Shown here piece by piece: positions 62,401 through 64,000 of a stretch of DNA of 64,000 nt. The number at the start of each line of letters is the position of its first letter. The stretch's first letter is position 1. The position numbers were made by a program, and so were the translations under genes. The notes beneath the pieces are model-generated. The model worked only from the letters and a program-made list of their open reading frames with translations, did no database searches and had not been told where the DNA came from. The stretch is from a virus (taxonomy: Duplodnaviria; Caudoviricetes), in the IMG/VR virus record IMGVR_UViG_3300031555_004710, positions 1 to 64,000 of that record. The stretch is one strand, 5' to 3'.

Positions 62401-63139
62401 TATACAATTCCCCATCTTCAGCAAAAATAACTGGAATGTTACTTGATGGAATAAGGTTATCAAATAATTCTCTCTCATCATCAGTAATGTGGATATCATA
62501 GTTATCTCTATGATTATAAAATCTTGATAATCCTCCATCAACAAATATATCTATAGCTTCAACTACTGCTAAATATGGATCTTTTTGCACATTATTTGGA
62601 TCATATATATTTTGCAACATCTTATTTACAATATTATATGAAACCCATGTTGTTCCATTATAATATTTTAATGAAATTGTATTATTGGTTTGTAAGTTAG
62701 ATGTATCTATCCATAGCATGGTTGTATTTGTAGGAGGATTATTTCCGATACTAAATGGAGTTATATTATTTCCACTACTATCAATATCAGAAATGTCTGA
62801 CCATACGACAGGACTTGTTACTGAAGTTAATTCAGTAATATATTTAGTATTCCCCCCAGCATCACAGGTAATAAGCTTTTTACCATTTTGCTCATATACA
62901 GATATATTTACAAAATCTGTAGCTAAAGGAGAGTTTGGGAGGTTTGTAAGTTTATAATTACCAACTGGTAAATAGTATAAACTATTTGATTCCGCAGTAA
63001 ATTCGGAACCAATTGTCTCATAATTCTGCTCTGTATATCCCCATATTTCTGGCTTATACGAAAGTAAATTTCCTACAAGATTGTCAAATGATATACCATT
63101 TTCAATCTTTTTAGAAATGTAAGACAAAATATCTACCAT
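59483..63139 (-). CDS. Large tail fibre/receptor-binding protein with two beta-propeller-like repeat blocks
   Basis: About 13 W.S[IV]CYG[ND]GKF[VI]A...YS.DG..W repeats; LWIDT..LKYYNGTTW; late motif 63184-63195. Confidence 0.7.
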   Translation of the reverse strand: MVDILSYISKKIENGISFDNLVGNLLSYKPEIWGYTEQNYETIGSEFTAESNSLYYLPVGNYKLTNLPNSPLATDFVNISVYEQNGKKLITCDAGGNTKYITELTSVTSPVVWSDISDIDSSGNNITPFSIGNNPPTNTTMLWIDTSNLQTNNTISLKYYNGTTWVSYNIVNKMLQNIYDPNNVQKDPYLAVVEAIDIFVDGGLSRFYNHRDNYDIHITDDERELFDNLIPSSNIPVIFAEDGELYTEILNILKNRISDGLDYSISEQIISGSYDKVDKHVSTHINPEMIAGWDSKAPGQHTHHLDNRVNVTVDNIAGSVDKWTSMPMSVMQWQSICYGNDKFIAIPFNNMGVNAFYYSIDGISWKISVVGTTHRIWKTICYGNGKFIAISSDSILAYSTDGIIWTEVLMAHVSRNWYSVCYGNGKYIAVAYNSNTFAYSADGLIWAEINIGISSDYWISICYGNEKFVAITGIGNTFAYSSDGLSWMVGNISISNNSWTNICYGNGKFVVVGMNGTIAYSTTGITWVEVPVANSNRYWITVCHGNGKFIALDYGTNIYAYSIDGINWIEDAIDVFGEWTSIAYGNAKFIAISNNYVFAKLGIVIFPYDKFSTEVSERAYEISSFDILASSEEVADLLDSKYHNGNTLYVEDESGAATWKKIVDNSKFGTPNYNEGLKDFSSNLSSTIYSEILNTPNTFSGYNISDAVSKDDLEIAKNVTHYVYTPSEYQIDAIGDSDIYVGIQKTLSNDGGGTEEYPMSTPHAELDVILAADAKTKSTSVQTHKCNCEADKCAYIERWIEGSIGTTNIEWIDICYGDGKYIAIGYDNETPCMSIAYSSDGLIWNFANIPSDVIDIRLYSVCYGDGKFVAVGELVAGGGAPIVYSSDGINWKVYLNTDLASLCSVCYGDGKFVAISEYDTVYTYSTDGINWTYCDIDSSTWTTGWKSICYGDGKFVVVGVCNNIAYSVNGIDWVVFDASPDTNTSLLSVCYGNGKFVALGNDGNTDMYYYSIDGIEWTGDILDEYIRMWRVIYTNDKFIAISYDSNSFVYSIDGINWNEDVIYEYITNLVSICYGNGKCLAISDYGTTVQMIDYIGMPCCKATGLSILPSEIPADKYFSNIYLSDEENPNWNKFGLGRMIKVDKTRENTIIKEKYSINNHEYDVKVLWKPEVGVVFDLGVVEAVETCQSIYDNFTAHLPGVKSAIDFYNKQFTEAGLL

Positions 63140-63278
63140 ATTAATTTCACCTCACATAATTAAAATATTCTTGTTATCAGAATTAAGGCTTTGTTTTTGG
63201 GTATTTTGTCAACATTTTTGTAATAGTTTATTATATAAATACAAACACAATTAATAAAAAATGAAAGGAGTAGTAGAT

Positions 63279-63536
63279 ATGGCTAGTTATTGTGATAAGT
63301 ATATTAAAATCATAGCAAGACACTATATTTACAAAAAGGACGCAACATTAAAATCAACAGCAGAATATTTTGATATTTCTAGATCTGAGCTAAACTCAAT
63401 TCTTAACGAAGATTTAAAAATCGTTAGTCCTAGATTGTATGGCAAAGTTCAAGAAAAGAAAATCAGTAATACTCTAAAAGTTAGATTTGGTAATAAGAAG
63501 ACTAATTGGTTCACAAGATTATTTAAGAAAAGATAA
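63279..63536 (+). CDS. spoIIID: SpoIIID-like HTH transcription factor
   Basis: IARHYIYKKDATLKSTAEYFDISRS....L.EDL..VSP.LY.KV mirrors SpoIIID I..YI....TVR..A..FGVSKSTVH.D.TERL..INP.L..EV. Confidence 0.6.
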   Translation: MASYCDKYIKIIARHYIYKKDATLKSTAEYFDISRSELNSILNEDLKIVSPRLYGKVQEKKISNTLKVRFGNKKTNWFTRLFKKR

Positions 63537-63580
63537 TATATAGATATAGAAGATTATATAATCTTCTATATCTATTTTTT

Positions 63581-64000
63581 TTATGATTTCATCATAAACA
63601 TCATTTTTTTATCTCTCGTATATTCTATAAATCCATAGCTCCTATATAAGTTTATAGCAACCTCATTACTAATATCAACAGATAAATTTGTAATTTTACC
63701 AGCACGTATAGCTCTAGAGAATAATTGCGAACCTAATGAACTTCCTCTATATTTTTTACAAATTTCAAAAGCTTGTAACCATATGCAATTATCTTTTTTC
63801 TCTGTTTGATAATATCCTACAACATCATTTTTATCGATAAATATTTCCCCAGTTGTATTTTGATTATATCTAACATGAGTAAGTGAAGGACAATTTGACT
63901 TATATGCATCTATGATAAATTTATCAAGTTTTCCAGATTTAAATTCAGATAATCTCCTCTTTTCATTCTTATTAAAATCTTCATCAAATTTTTCAAACTT
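63581..64000 (-). CDS. GNAT acetyltransferase (5'-truncated by the window edge; not in the ORF track)
   Basis: Open frame: WLQAFEICKKYRGSSLGSQL (motif A) ... VDISNEVAINLYRSYGF (motif B). Confidence 0.75.
   Translation of the reverse strand, partial: KFEKFDEDFNKNEKRRLSEFKSGKLDKFIIDAYKSNCPSLTHVRYNQNTTGEIFIDKNDVVGYYQTEKKDNCIWLQAFEICKKYRGSSLGSQLFSRAIRAGKITNLSVDISNEVAINLYRSYGFIEYTRDKKMMFMMKS

Noticed and set aside
2199-62957. Numerous short ORFs overlapping or antisense to long genes in the ORF track (e.g. 3478-3984, 40185-40688, 43513-43830)
   Set aside because: Shadow frames of biased or repetitive coding sequence, without RBS or promoter.
1-64000. Stop-codon reassignment, introns, inteins, tRNAs
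   Set aside because: Core genes are intact in code 11 and use TAA, TAG and TGA as stops; no splice/intein motifs or cloverleafs were recognised by eye.

Overview
AT-rich, standard-code, gene-dense 64 kb segment of a jumbo myophage of the phiKZ/AR9(PBS1) type, probably infecting a spore-forming Firmicute (SpoIIID homologue, SPOR/SH3b cell-wall enzymes, strong GGAGG RBSs). It encodes head genes (major capsid, prohead protease, portal, large terminase, two neck-like proteins) and tail genes (sheath, tube, gp25-like wedge, tail chaperone, several fibres). It also carries three fragments of two split multisubunit RNA polymerases, UvsX/RecA, a tubulin, a PPK1-like enzyme and two cell-wall hydrolases. 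Two promoter motifs read directly from the DNA sort the genes into two classes: AACA-N6-TAA (20 exact copies, structural/late) and TRTATTATT-N4-TGA (12 copies, non-structural/early). Four features stand out. (1) A family of 8 genes in the head cluster fuses a conserved N-terminal leader (MNKSYAD[V/I/T]LESY..[P]AEE|G, ending in a prohead-protease A-x-E site) to unrelated cargo domains, which suggests a capsid-loading/injection cassette system. (2) An unannotated ~190-nt structured RNA has its own late promoter and terminator and displays anti-Shine-Dalgarno motifs. (3) The tail chaperone has a predicted -1 frameshift, stimulated by a long-range (~200 nt) pairing/pseudoknot. (4) A switch-like structured 5' leader precedes the tubulin gene. 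All functional calls come from motif recognition by eye; no database searches were run.
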